Positions 25,562-34,900 of a stretch of DNA of 64,000 nucleotides are shown here, piece after piece. The DNA lies in the NCBI GenBank assembly GCA_965237905.1, contig OZ250172.1:928001-992000 (forward strand), in the 5' to 3' direction. Every line of letters begins with the position of its first letter. Position 1 is the first letter of the stretch. The DNA is from Nitrospinaceae bacterium. Its GTDB lineage: Bacteria > Nitrospinota > Nitrospinia > Nitrospinales > Nitrospinaceae. The notes under the pieces are model-generated. The model had not been told where the DNA came from, made no database searches, and saw only the letters and a list, made by a program, of their open reading frames with translations. A program made the position numbers and the translations under genes.

Positions 25562-27693
25562 AAACCTTAATCAACACATTTCTTTTAGTTTTTAGTTTAA
25601 CCTTCACTTTTCTCATATGTTTTGTCTTTTCCGTTAATGCTCACGCATTTACCGAAAACGACCTGGGGGGATCCGTTCAGGCGGTAGTCAACGGCAAAAC
25701 CTTCCACTTTCCCGCCCTGAAAACGGATATCCGGACGAAAGTCCAGGGCGACCTGGCAACGGTAACGGTCACGCAAACATTTGCGAATCCGACTATGGTT
25801 CCGTTGAACGCCACCTACCTGTTTCCCCTGAACAAGGATGCGGCGGTCCACGCCATGACCATGGAGGTGGGTGACGAAATCATTCAGGCTCAAATTCAAA
25901 AGATCGAAAAAGCCAAGAAAATATTTGAAAAAGCGAAAAAGGAAGGCAAGGCGGCATCGTTGCTGACCCAGCACCGGCCCAACATGTTCACCCAGCATAT
26001 CGCCAACCTCATGCCGGGACTGCCGGTTAAGGTTACGTTGGTTTACGATCAAACCGTTCCCAGGGTGGACGGCAATTATGAATTGGTCATTCCCTTGATT
26101 GTCGGCCCCCGTTACCAACCCGCCCGCTCCGGTAAGCCTCCGAAGGTTGTGGATGACGGTGTCACCGTGGGTATGAAGAAGGTTGCAGCCGAAACCCAAT
26201 TCAACCAGTGGGAAATTGAGACATTGCCATCCTATCCGGATGTTTCCGGATTGACGATCCCCGATACCATCAACAAGGACCGGGTTTCCATCAATATCAA
26301 TTTGGAAGCGGGCACAGCCATTCCCAATATTTACAGCCACACTCATACAATCAAAGTGACCGGTGAGGAAAAGGAGAAATCGATCACTCTGGCTGAGGGT
26401 CGGACCATCGACAACCGGGATTTTGTTCTGCGTTATCAACTGGCAGGAAAAGATACCCAGCCCGCCTTTCTGGCTTACAACGATTCGAAAGACGGCTACT
26501 TCAGTTTGTGGATCGAACCGCCGGCATCCCCAAAGTCGAAAGACATCACGGCACGAGAAATGGTATTTGTGCTCGACACCTCCGGTTCCATGAGCGGCCA
26601 ACCTATCGATGCCAGCAAAGCATTCATGCGTCATGCCTTGAATACTCTACGGAGCCAGGATTACTTCCGCATCATCCGTTTCAGCAATAACGCCTCCGAG
26701 TTCACATCGGGTCCGGTCCGCGCCACCCCAAACAATATCAATAATGGGTTGAACTATGTCGACTCTTTGAGTGCCAACGGCGGAACGGAAATTCCCAACG
26801 CCATCCGGCAGGCTTTCTCTATTCCCAAACCAGCCGGGACTCTGCGGATTGTCGTGTTTCTGACTGACGGTTACATTGGCAACGAATCGGAAGTCTTACA
26901 GCTCATTACCAGCACCATTGGCGAGGCACGTATTTACGCGTTTGGAGTGGGCACTTCGGTCAATCGGTTCCTACTTTCCGAAATGGGGAGAAAAGGCCGG
27001 GGCTTTGCCCGGTTCATGGATCCCACCGAGGATGCGGAAGAAGTAGCGCTGGAATTGGCCGGCAAACTGGAGTCCCCAGTACTGACAGATATCAATATCA
27101 ACTGGGGCGAACTTAAAGTAAGCCAAGTGACACCGGCGGTGATCCCCGATCTATTTGCGGGCGACTCGATTCGCGTTCTCGGAAAAATCGAAGGGAACGG
27201 AACGCATACGGTTGAAGTGAAGGGACGGGTGCGTGGAAAACAAGCCTCATTACCGATTCAGGCGGTTCTACTTGACGGGAAAGGCGAAATGACGCCTTCT
27301 CCGATTCCACAAATCTGGGCCCGATCGCAAATCGCTGATCATATGAGGCAGATGAATACACCGAAGAATTTTAAAACCACTCATCTCAGTGATGACGAGT
27401 TGAAGCAAAAGGTGATTGATCTGGGCCTCAAGCACTCGCTGGCAACGCGTTGGACTTCGTTCGTGGCGGTATCCAGAAAAGTCGTCAACGAAAACCCACA
27501 AAACGCGGAAGATTCGCAGGTGCCCCTGCCCATGGTGAAAGGTGTAACTCCAAAAGCTTACGGCGAAAAGTTTCCCATGAAAATGGCGCGGAATTTTTCC
27601 GGAAGTTCCGTCCCGGAACCGGCAACCTGGGCGGGATTACTGGTAATCAGCCTGGCGGCCCTGGCATTACTCAAACGCCGCAAACTGACCTAA
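25558..27693 (+). CDS. VIT (vault/inter-alpha-trypsin) plus vWA domain protein with a C-terminal PEP-CTERM sorting signal
   Basis: Signal peptide; VTQTFANP...ATYLFPL (VIT); MIDAS motif FVLDTSGSM...GGTE...FLTDG; ends VPEPATWAGLLVISLAALALLKRRKLT. Confidence 0.93.
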   Translation: MKTLINTFLLVFSLTFTFLICFVFSVNAHAFTENDLGGSVQAVVNGKTFHFPALKTDIRTKVQGDLATVTVTQTFANPTMVPLNATYLFPLNKDAAVHAMTMEVGDEIIQAQIQKIEKAKKIFEKAKKEGKAASLLTQHRPNMFTQHIANLMPGLPVKVTLVYDQTVPRVDGNYELVIPLIVGPRYQPARSGKPPKVVDDGVTVGMKKVAAETQFNQWEIETLPSYPDVSGLTIPDTINKDRVSININLEAGTAIPNIYSHTHTIKVTGEEKEKSITLAEGRTIDNRDFVLRYQLAGKDTQPAFLAYNDSKDGYFSLWIEPPASPKSKDITAREMVFVLDTSGSMSGQPIDASKAFMRHALNTLRSQDYFRIIRFSNNASEFTSGPVRATPNNINNGLNYVDSLSANGGTEIPNAIRQAFSIPKPAGTLRIVVFLTDGYIGNESEVLQLITSTIGEARIYAFGVGTSVNRFLLSEMGRKGRGFARFMDPTEDAEEVALELAGKLESPVLTDININWGELKVSQVTPAVIPDLFAGDSIRVLGKIEGNGTHTVEVKGRVRGKQASLPIQAVLLDGKGEMTPSPIPQIWARSQIADHMRQMNTPKNFKTTHLSDDELKQKVIDLGLKHSLATRWTSFVAVSRKVVNENPQNAEDSQVPLPMVKGVTPKAYGEKFPMKMARNFSGSSVPEPATWAGLLVISLAALALLKRRKLT

Positions 27694-27703
27694 GGAGGCA
27701 ATC

Positions 27704-29464
27704 ATGATCCATGCACAGGAACAATACCAATTGGGAGGGCGGGCTGTGGCCTGCCTCCTGCTGGCAGGGTTGGCGGACTTTCTATTTTATATGGAAGGAA
27801 TGGGGTGGGCCGTCGGCATCTACACCTTCATCATTTCATGGGCACTGTTATTTTTTAATCCCGGCTTGGCCCATACCAAGCCCGGCAAGGTAATTATTGC
27901 AATTAACTGTGTTTTGGTGCTTGCGCTCGTTGAAAATCCCAGTGGGTTAACTATTTCTCTAAGTTTTTTAGGAATTACCAGTATTGCCCTGTTGAGTCAT
28001 CCGGGCTGGACCCATAACGCCGGGCTCTGGTTAAGAGGGATCTTCGACTTCTGGACCCAAAATGTCTTCCGGGTTATCGACGACGCCAAACTTCTTAAAA
28101 ACCTGTTTCAAGAAAAGGACAACCCAAATCGGTCGGGCATTCAATTAAGGAATTGGATATTGCCGCTGGGCCTGTCTCTGGTATTTGTCACTCTTTTTGC
28201 GGGGGCCAACCCGATATTGATCCGCTGGCTGGATTTGATCAACTGGAATTGGATCGCTGATTTATTTACGTTCGAACGAATCCTGTTGTGGTCGCTGGTG
28301 ATCATTTTGTGTTGGCCTCTGCTCCAACCTAGATTCTGGTTGAAACAAAACCGCATGGGGGAAACGGACTCCCAGGAAATCAGAAATCTCTTTCACTTCT
28401 TATTTTCGAAGAAATCATTTTTTTCCTTACTGATTCTTTTTAATTTAATCGGGCTATCTCTATTTTTTCTAATTCTTTTTGCCATCATTAACCCGATGAT
28501 GATCGATTGGATATTGACCGCTGAACTCTTTGCTCCCAAGCAAATCCCTTTGTGGTCGTTGGTCATCATTTTATCCTGGCTCCTCCTCCGGTCAAAACTC
28601 CGGCTGAAACAAGAACCCATACAGAAAAGAGGCTTCAAGGATGTAAAAACATTGATTCACTTTTTATTTTCGAAGGAATCCATTCTTTACTCGCTGATTC
28701 TTTTCAACCTCCTGTTTTCGGTACAAACCTCCATGGACCTGATCTACCTGTGGGGAGGAATGGCATTGCCTGAGGGAATGTCTTATTCAGAATACGCTCA
28801 TCGGGGAGCTTATCCTTTAATCGCCACCGCCCTGCTCGCAGGCGCTTTTGTGTTGGTGGCTCTGCGTCCGGGAAGCGCAACGGAAGGAATACGATCTATC
28901 CGGTATCTGGTCTATTTCTGGATTGGGCAAACCGTATTCCTGGTCCTTTCCTCGATTTGGAGAACAACCTTATATATAGAAGAGTATTCCCTAACCTATC
29001 TGCGCCTGGCGGCACTGATATGGATGGGATTAGTCGCGCTGGGTCTGGTCCTGCTTGTCCTGCGAATCCTCTGGACCCGATCCAATATCTGGCTCATCAA
29101 TGTCAACGGGCTCACTCTTCTTACGGTTTTAATGCTGTGCGCCTTCATCAATCTTGGAGGCGTGATCGCACAATTCAATGTCGAGCATTGCAAAGAAGTG
29201 AGGGGCAAGGGGCCGGTGCTGGACTTGAAATACCTGCGGGAAATCGGCACCGCATCCCTGCCTGCACTCGATTGGTTTCAACAGCATGGCCGTCGATATA
29301 ATTACAAAATGTTGCGGGCTGGGAATCTGGAAAGGAACTTGCGAAATACTTTAAGAAGGGAGCTGAGGGAGTGGCGGACCTGGACATTCAGGAGCTACCG
29401 GTTGTCCCGGAATTCAGGCACTGGAAGCAAATTAAGTACATCCCCGGTTCTTCCGGCTGGATGA
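27704..29464 (+). CDS. DUF4153/DUF4173-family polytopic membrane protein with an internal duplication
   Basis: LFAGANP, LPEGMSYSEYAHRGAYPL, LYIEEYSLTYLRL, IAQFNV and LDLKYL motifs. Confidence 0.85.
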   Translation: MIHAQEQYQLGGRAVACLLLAGLADFLFYMEGMGWAVGIYTFIISWALLFFNPGLAHTKPGKVIIAINCVLVLALVENPSGLTISLSFLGITSIALLSHPGWTHNAGLWLRGIFDFWTQNVFRVIDDAKLLKNLFQEKDNPNRSGIQLRNWILPLGLSLVFVTLFAGANPILIRWLDLINWNWIADLFTFERILLWSLVIILCWPLLQPRFWLKQNRMGETDSQEIRNLFHFLFSKKSFFSLLILFNLIGLSLFFLILFAIINPMMIDWILTAELFAPKQIPLWSLVIILSWLLLRSKLRLKQEPIQKRGFKDVKTLIHFLFSKESILYSLILFNLLFSVQTSMDLIYLWGGMALPEGMSYSEYAHRGAYPLIATALLAGAFVLVALRPGSATEGIRSIRYLVYFWIGQTVFLVLSSIWRTTLYIEEYSLTYLRLAALIWMGLVALGLVLLVLRILWTRSNIWLINVNGLTLLTVLMLCAFINLGGVIAQFNVEHCKEVRGKGPVLDLKYLREIGTASLPALDWFQQHGRRYNYKMLRAGNLERNLRNTLRRELREWRTWTFRSYRLSRNSGTGSKLSTSPVLPAG

Positions 29465-29535
29465 TTGCTCCGGACAAAAATGAACTGCGGTAGCGAAGCA
29501 TTGTGTTACCATAATTTAATATAGGAATAAAACTC

Positions 29536-30261
29536 ATGATGTTACTAACAAGGCTTGATCTTATGGCAAGAACGATTCTTGTAGTGGATGACGATCCTCA
29601 TATCCGGGAAGTGATTACCTACGCTTTGGAACAAGCAGGGATGACACCGGTGGAGGCCGTAAACGGACAGAAAGCGTTGGATATTGTCGATCAGGAAAAC
29701 CCGGCACTGATCATCCTGGATATCAACATGCCGGAGGTGGACGGCTTTCAGTTTTGCAAGGAAATCCGCAAAACCTCCGACGTGCCGATTTTGTTTCTCT
29801 CATCGAGAGACGAGGAAATCGACCGGGTGGTCGGCCTGGAAATCGGCGGCGACGATTACGTTTCCAAACCGTTCAGCCCACGAGAGCTGATGGCCCGGGT
29901 CAATGCTATCTTGAAACGGGTACAGGCGGCTCAAACCCGCTTGCATAAAGATTCACCCCAAGTGCTGGAGCACGGCCTGCTCATCCTCGAGCCCGAAAAA
30001 CATCGGATCACATGGAACGAAAAAACTGTGGAATTGACGGCGCGAGAGTTCGCCATTCTCCAGGCTTTCTTGGCGTATCCGGAAATTGTTTTTGACCGCG
30101 ACCGGATTATCGAACACTCCTGCGAAACCAACTCTTTTATCAGCGACCGGACCGTGGACAGCCATGTCCGTCATATACGCAGTAAATTTTCGGAACTGGG
30201 CTGTGACTCCGTCATCGAGACGGTTCATGGGGTGGGTTATAAATTAGGGTCATGCCGGTGA
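29536..30261 (+). CDS. OmpR/PhoB-family response regulator (CreB-like)
   Basis: ILVVDDD, LDINMP (phosphoacceptor Asp), GGDDYVSKPFSPREL, DRTVDSHVRHIR and TVHGVGY; alternative start at 29563. Confidence 0.95.
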   Translation: MMLLTRLDLMARTILVVDDDPHIREVITYALEQAGMTPVEAVNGQKALDIVDQENPALIILDINMPEVDGFQFCKEIRKTSDVPILFLSSRDEEIDRVVGLEIGGDDYVSKPFSPRELMARVNAILKRVQAAQTRLHKDSPQVLEHGLLILEPEKHRITWNEKTVELTAREFAILQAFLAYPEIVFDRDRIIEHSCETNSFISDRTVDSHVRHIRSKFSELGCDSVIETVHGVGYKLGSCR

Positions 30262-31847
30262 ATCCCCCGCACAAAAAAAGAAAATACCGTCTTCGCACCA
30301 TCCTTCTGGTGGTCAACCTCACCGTACTGATCCTTCCTCTCGGAAGCATCTTTTTCTTCAGAATATTTGAAAACCTCCTGGTCCGGCAAACGGAGCTGGA
30401 ACTGATTTCACAGGCCGCGGTCATCTCCTCCATGTATAAAAATCAAATCGTCCATTCGATGTTTGACCCGGATAGCTACGGCAAACCGTTGCCGGAATCC
30501 GCCCTTCCACCCGAGGATGAAAAATACACGCCGGTTCTGCCAGAGCTAGATTTGTCCGAGGACCCGGTACGGCCTCCCCGGCCGGATGGTGTGGAGCCGG
30601 AACCCGATTTCGGTATAGATCCAGTCGTCGGTGCCATCGGCAAAAACTTATCGTCCATTCTTCTCGATACGAAAATGACCACTCTATCAGCGATTAAGAT
30701 CCTGGATTATCATGGGAACGCAGTGGCGGGACAATCGGAGATCGGACTTTTATTTTCCCATGTGGAGGAAATCCGCTCGGCTTTGGAGGGTCGATACAAA
30801 AGCGTGCTCCGCGAAAGGATATCCGACGAACCGCTTCCCCCCATTGCTTCGATCAGCCGTGGAACCAGCATCCGGGTGTTCATCGCTTTTCCGGTCATTC
30901 ACGAAAACCGACTGTGGGGCGTGGTTTATATCTCTCGGACACCTAAAAATATTCTTAAAAACCTTTATGCGCAAAAAGGGAAAGTGATTCTGGCCAGTTT
31001 GTCCATTATAGGGCTGACCCTGCTTCTGGTCTATTTCACATCGCGCACCATTTCACGGCCCGTTTACCAGTTGATCAAACAAACCCAAGGCGCTTCGGAA
31101 GGAAATATCACGGCCATGCAACCGCTCGACGACCCGGTCACCGAAGAAATGGAGTTGCTCTCCAAAAGCTTCTCCCAAATGGCCCTCTCCCTGCACGAGC
31201 GGTCGGAATATATTCGGGAATTTGCCACCTACGTTTCCCATGAGTTCAAAACTCCGCTGACAGCCATCCAGGGAGCCAGCGAACTACTACTCGAACACTA
31301 TGAAGAAATGTCGCCTGATAAAAGAAGGAAATTTATTGAGAACATGCTGCAGGATTCTGACCGGCTCAAACTCCTTGTCGCACGACTTCTGGAATTGGCT
31401 AAAGCAGAAAACCTCACCCCCTCCAAGGAAACTGCCAACCTTTCGGATATCTTAAACAAATTGAAAAACAATTTCGCTTCCCAGGGCCTGGACATTGAAA
31501 TCAAATCTCAACCCAACTATCAAATCAAGATTTCGGCGGAAATTCTCGAAACAGCGCTTTCCAACCTGGTGACCAACAGCCTGCAACACGAGGCTACCCG
31601 GGTTGAACTGGACGTAATAAAAAAGGATCACGAAGTGATCCTGAACATGCGGGATAATGGCCGAGGCATTCCTCCGGCAAACCGGGATAAAATTTTTACT
31701 CCCTTCTTTACCACCAACCGGGAAAAAGGAGGGACCGGTCTGGGACTCCGTATCGTTCAAACCATGATCGAATCCCATTCCGGGAAAATCGACCTGGGCG
31801 AAACCCAAAAAGGAACCCTATTCACCCTTCAGTTCCCCTTGGTTTAG
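30252..31847 (+). CDS. Membrane sensor histidine kinase (CreC-like; HAMP, HisKA, HATPase)
   Basis: Two TM segments flanking a periplasmic domain; H-box SHEFKTPLTAI, NLVTNS, DNGRGI, FFTT and GGTGLGL. Confidence 0.95.
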   Translation: MPVNPPHKKRKYRLRTILLVVNLTVLILPLGSIFFFRIFENLLVRQTELELISQAAVISSMYKNQIVHSMFDPDSYGKPLPESALPPEDEKYTPVLPELDLSEDPVRPPRPDGVEPEPDFGIDPVVGAIGKNLSSILLDTKMTTLSAIKILDYHGNAVAGQSEIGLLFSHVEEIRSALEGRYKSVLRERISDEPLPPIASISRGTSIRVFIAFPVIHENRLWGVVYISRTPKNILKNLYAQKGKVILASLSIIGLTLLLVYFTSRTISRPVYQLIKQTQGASEGNITAMQPLDDPVTEEMELLSKSFSQMALSLHERSEYIREFATYVSHEFKTPLTAIQGASELLLEHYEEMSPDKRRKFIENMLQDSDRLKLLVARLLELAKAENLTPSKETANLSDILNKLKNNFASQGLDIEIKSQPNYQIKISAEILETALSNLVTNSLQHEATRVELDVIKKDHEVILNMRDNGRGIPPANRDKIFTPFFTTNREKGGTGLGLRIVQTMIESHSGKIDLGETQKGTLFTLQFPLV

Positions 31848-31869
31848 TTTCGGTGTTTGGGCAAATGAG

Positions 31870-31897
31870 AAGGGCTCGGGAAACACCCCAAGCCCTT
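31870..31897 (-). terminator. Hairpin terminator between convergent genes
   Basis: Minus strand AAGGGCTTGGG-GTGTTT-CCCGAGCCCTT, an 11-bp stem with one G-U pair, 21 nt after the giant gene stop; the U-tract is weak. Confidence 0.6.
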
Positions 31898-31918
31898 ATA
31901 ATTGACTTTAATTTAAAT

Positions 31919-34900
31919 TTAGCTGGTATATCGACCATTCCAATTGATTCTGGAATCACTCTGGCCGTTAGTGTCATCCAGGCTCAAGCCGGCCAGCTGG
32001 GTGAAATCCTCATCCTCCAGATCCAATAGGGCGTATACATCCTCATCCGGCTCCACATCGCCATTATCGATGTACCATTCATCATCATCACTGGTGGCTT
32101 CGGATTCGCTGAACTCACCGGATTCCTCGTCAAAGACCAGCGCCAGAGTCTCCTCTGAGCCATCCTCCTCGTCCTCCGACTCGCCCGTCAAGCCCAACGT
32201 CTCTTCCAGGAAGGCTGAACCTGCCGCAAAGAATGCACTGCTCAGAAGGGTATCTTCTCCCATATGCCGGTAGCTGGACTCTTCTCCCACATACCGGGAA
32301 CCCGACTGCAGGGTATCGCTCATCACCGAGGTATCAGAAGTGGCATCGTCGTGATCCAGTCCCAGATAATGGCCTATCTCATGGCTGACCGCTGTCAGCA
32401 GGTCCATCTTGCCATAAGCCGCGCTATTGGGCTTCGCCACCCAACCGTTACTGCTTAATAGGAACTCCTCATTGGCATCCGGTGTCTCATCGACAAACCA
32501 GCCGTGACCCGCCGCGTTGGGATCGATAAAGATCCGGTTGCCGGAAGATCGGCCCAGGGCCAATCCGGCCATATCGGCAATGTAGAATTCCAGATCATCC
32601 AAAGTCGCCAACCGGGCCTGATCAATATAACCAACCCCGGTCCACCGGGTAACCGCCGCGTCGAATATCTTCTCCAGCTGACCGTGCGTCAAGGTCGACG
32701 TCGCCGTAGACTCACCCGCCGACTCAGCCGCCATCAAAGCCGCTTCCGGTACTTCGAACGCGCGGTCATCAGTCTTGACCCTGACGTCGTCGAAGTTGGC
32801 GTTGCCACCTAATGCCATCAGGCCGAAGTGGCCGTCGACGGTCGAAGCATTAAACACGTGCCCGACTATCGCCTGGAAGCCGCCATTGCCGGCAGCGTTC
32901 AGCGTTGCGCTCACCGTCGTACCCTTGAGCGTGAGGCCCAGCGTGTAGTCCGTATTTACCTCAATCAACGTGGTTACCGTTGCATCCTCGGCCCAGCCGG
33001 AATTCTTCGTGTAATGTCCGATGATCAGTTGATCAGTGGTTGCATCAATCGCCATATACTTGAAGCTTTCGTCACCGTAACGGTCGAAGATGAAGCCCGC
33101 CTGGTCGACCGTATTGACGGCAGCGCTCAACTCAAGATAGGAATTGAAATTGAGATTGTCCGGACCGAGATCCAGCAGGTTCATGCCGAGGCTCAAACCC
33201 GGGTCGACGGTGTAGCGTCCGCCAACAACATCCCAAGCCCCGATCATGCCCATGGTGAACAGATCGGGAACACCGTCTTCAAAATCTTCGGTGTCATCCA
33301 AAGTCACCTGTGGCGGTAAGATCTGCACGCGAACATTATCGAAACTGCCACGCGCGTTGTCGGAGCCCATACCGACCAGGCCCCAATTAAGGCCGTAGGA
33401 GTAGTCGTCGACGATACGCGGCGCATAGGTGTGCTGGAACACCTCTGTATTGTCGACCACCAGGGTGACGTTCACGCCGTTGATTGCGACCAGCATGTTA
33501 TACCACTTGTCGGGCCTGACGCCTCCCTGGACGACGCCTTGCTCATCGACATGCCAACCGCTCGCGTCGCGATGGCCCATGACCAGCTTGTTTATCTTGT
33601 CGTCGATCCCGACAAACTTGAAATCGGACTCGTTCTGGTAATCGAAAATCACATAGGCGTTAGCATCCCAGCCGCCTGTGGCTTTGTCAAATTTCACCGA
33701 AGCCTGCAATTCGAAGTATCCCGGCAGCTGGTCGCCGACGTGGAAAACCGCGACGGCGTCGCCGTCGAGCGACTCGGCCGCAACTTTCAGCTCGCCGCCG
33801 CTCACCTCGAACACACCGCTATCGACGAAGAAGCCTGTGCCGATGATCCCCTGGGTTCCATCGAAGCTCGCCGAGCGCAGCACGTCGCGAGGACCGCCGG
33901 GAATATTGCCAGGCTGCGGATCGTCCGGCGCGCCGGTCTGGTCTTGCCAGGCAAAGTCCTGCTGGCGTACAAGGCCCAGCTCGCCATCCGGCTCGCCATT
34001 GCGCGCCGGATCGCCGCCTCGCGTAAAGTCCGCGCCGTCGCTCTCCGACAAGGCGTAAAGGAACTCGGCCAGTTGTGGCTGCAGTGTGCGCGAGACCGTG
34101 CCCATGCCGAACGGCGCAAACGGCACGATATAGCTGTTAAACTCGCCCGCCCAGTCGATCAGCCGGTCGCCGCCGGTGTTGCCGATCAGCCGATCACGTC
34201 CGGCACCGCCATAAGCCCGATCCTCGTAAGTCGGGTGGGTGTCCGGAGCATCGTTCTGACCAACGCCTAGGATGGTGTTTGTGGTGTGATCGTCGTCGGC
34301 GTTGTGCAGGTCGTCACCCCAGCCACCGTACAGGTTGTCGCGCCCGGTGCCACCAACGATCCAGTCGTTGCCCAGATCGCCAAAGAGCTTGTCGTCGCCG
34401 TCGTCGTGTACTGGCCCGTATTCGATGCTTTGGTTTCCTCCGGTCGCGCCCGCTGGACGGAAAATCCCTTCCTCCTCGTTGAAGTTCAGGATGAACGGCG
34501 AGTTTGCTTCCAAGATGTACTGCCCGCCACCAGGCAGGTTGAAAACGACGTCCTGTCCGTCCTGCGCGCCGTAGAAGATCTCCAGACGCGGTTCGAACTC
34601 ATCGTACTCAGCGAATTCGCCCGTCACCATGCTGTAACGCAGCACGTCGCCCGGATTGAACGGCAGGTCGTAGTACTCGGGCAGTGCCTCGGCGCCCGAC
34701 ATCGCGTCGTCGCCCGAGCCGCCGTGCTGCCAGTCGCTTCCGAGACCGCCGTAGATAATGTCGTCAGCGTATTGAGGATCGGACAACTCATTGCCGCCCG
34801 CCACCGGGTTAAACGGCGTGAGGTCGACCGATTTCTTCAGCTCGCCGGTGACATGGATGTCGGCCTGCTGGACGTTGCCCGGCGTATCGATGTGCTCCTG

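Noticed and set aside
25597..26634. 345-aa minus-strand ORF
   Set aside because: It lies antisense to the well-supported VIT/vWA gene.
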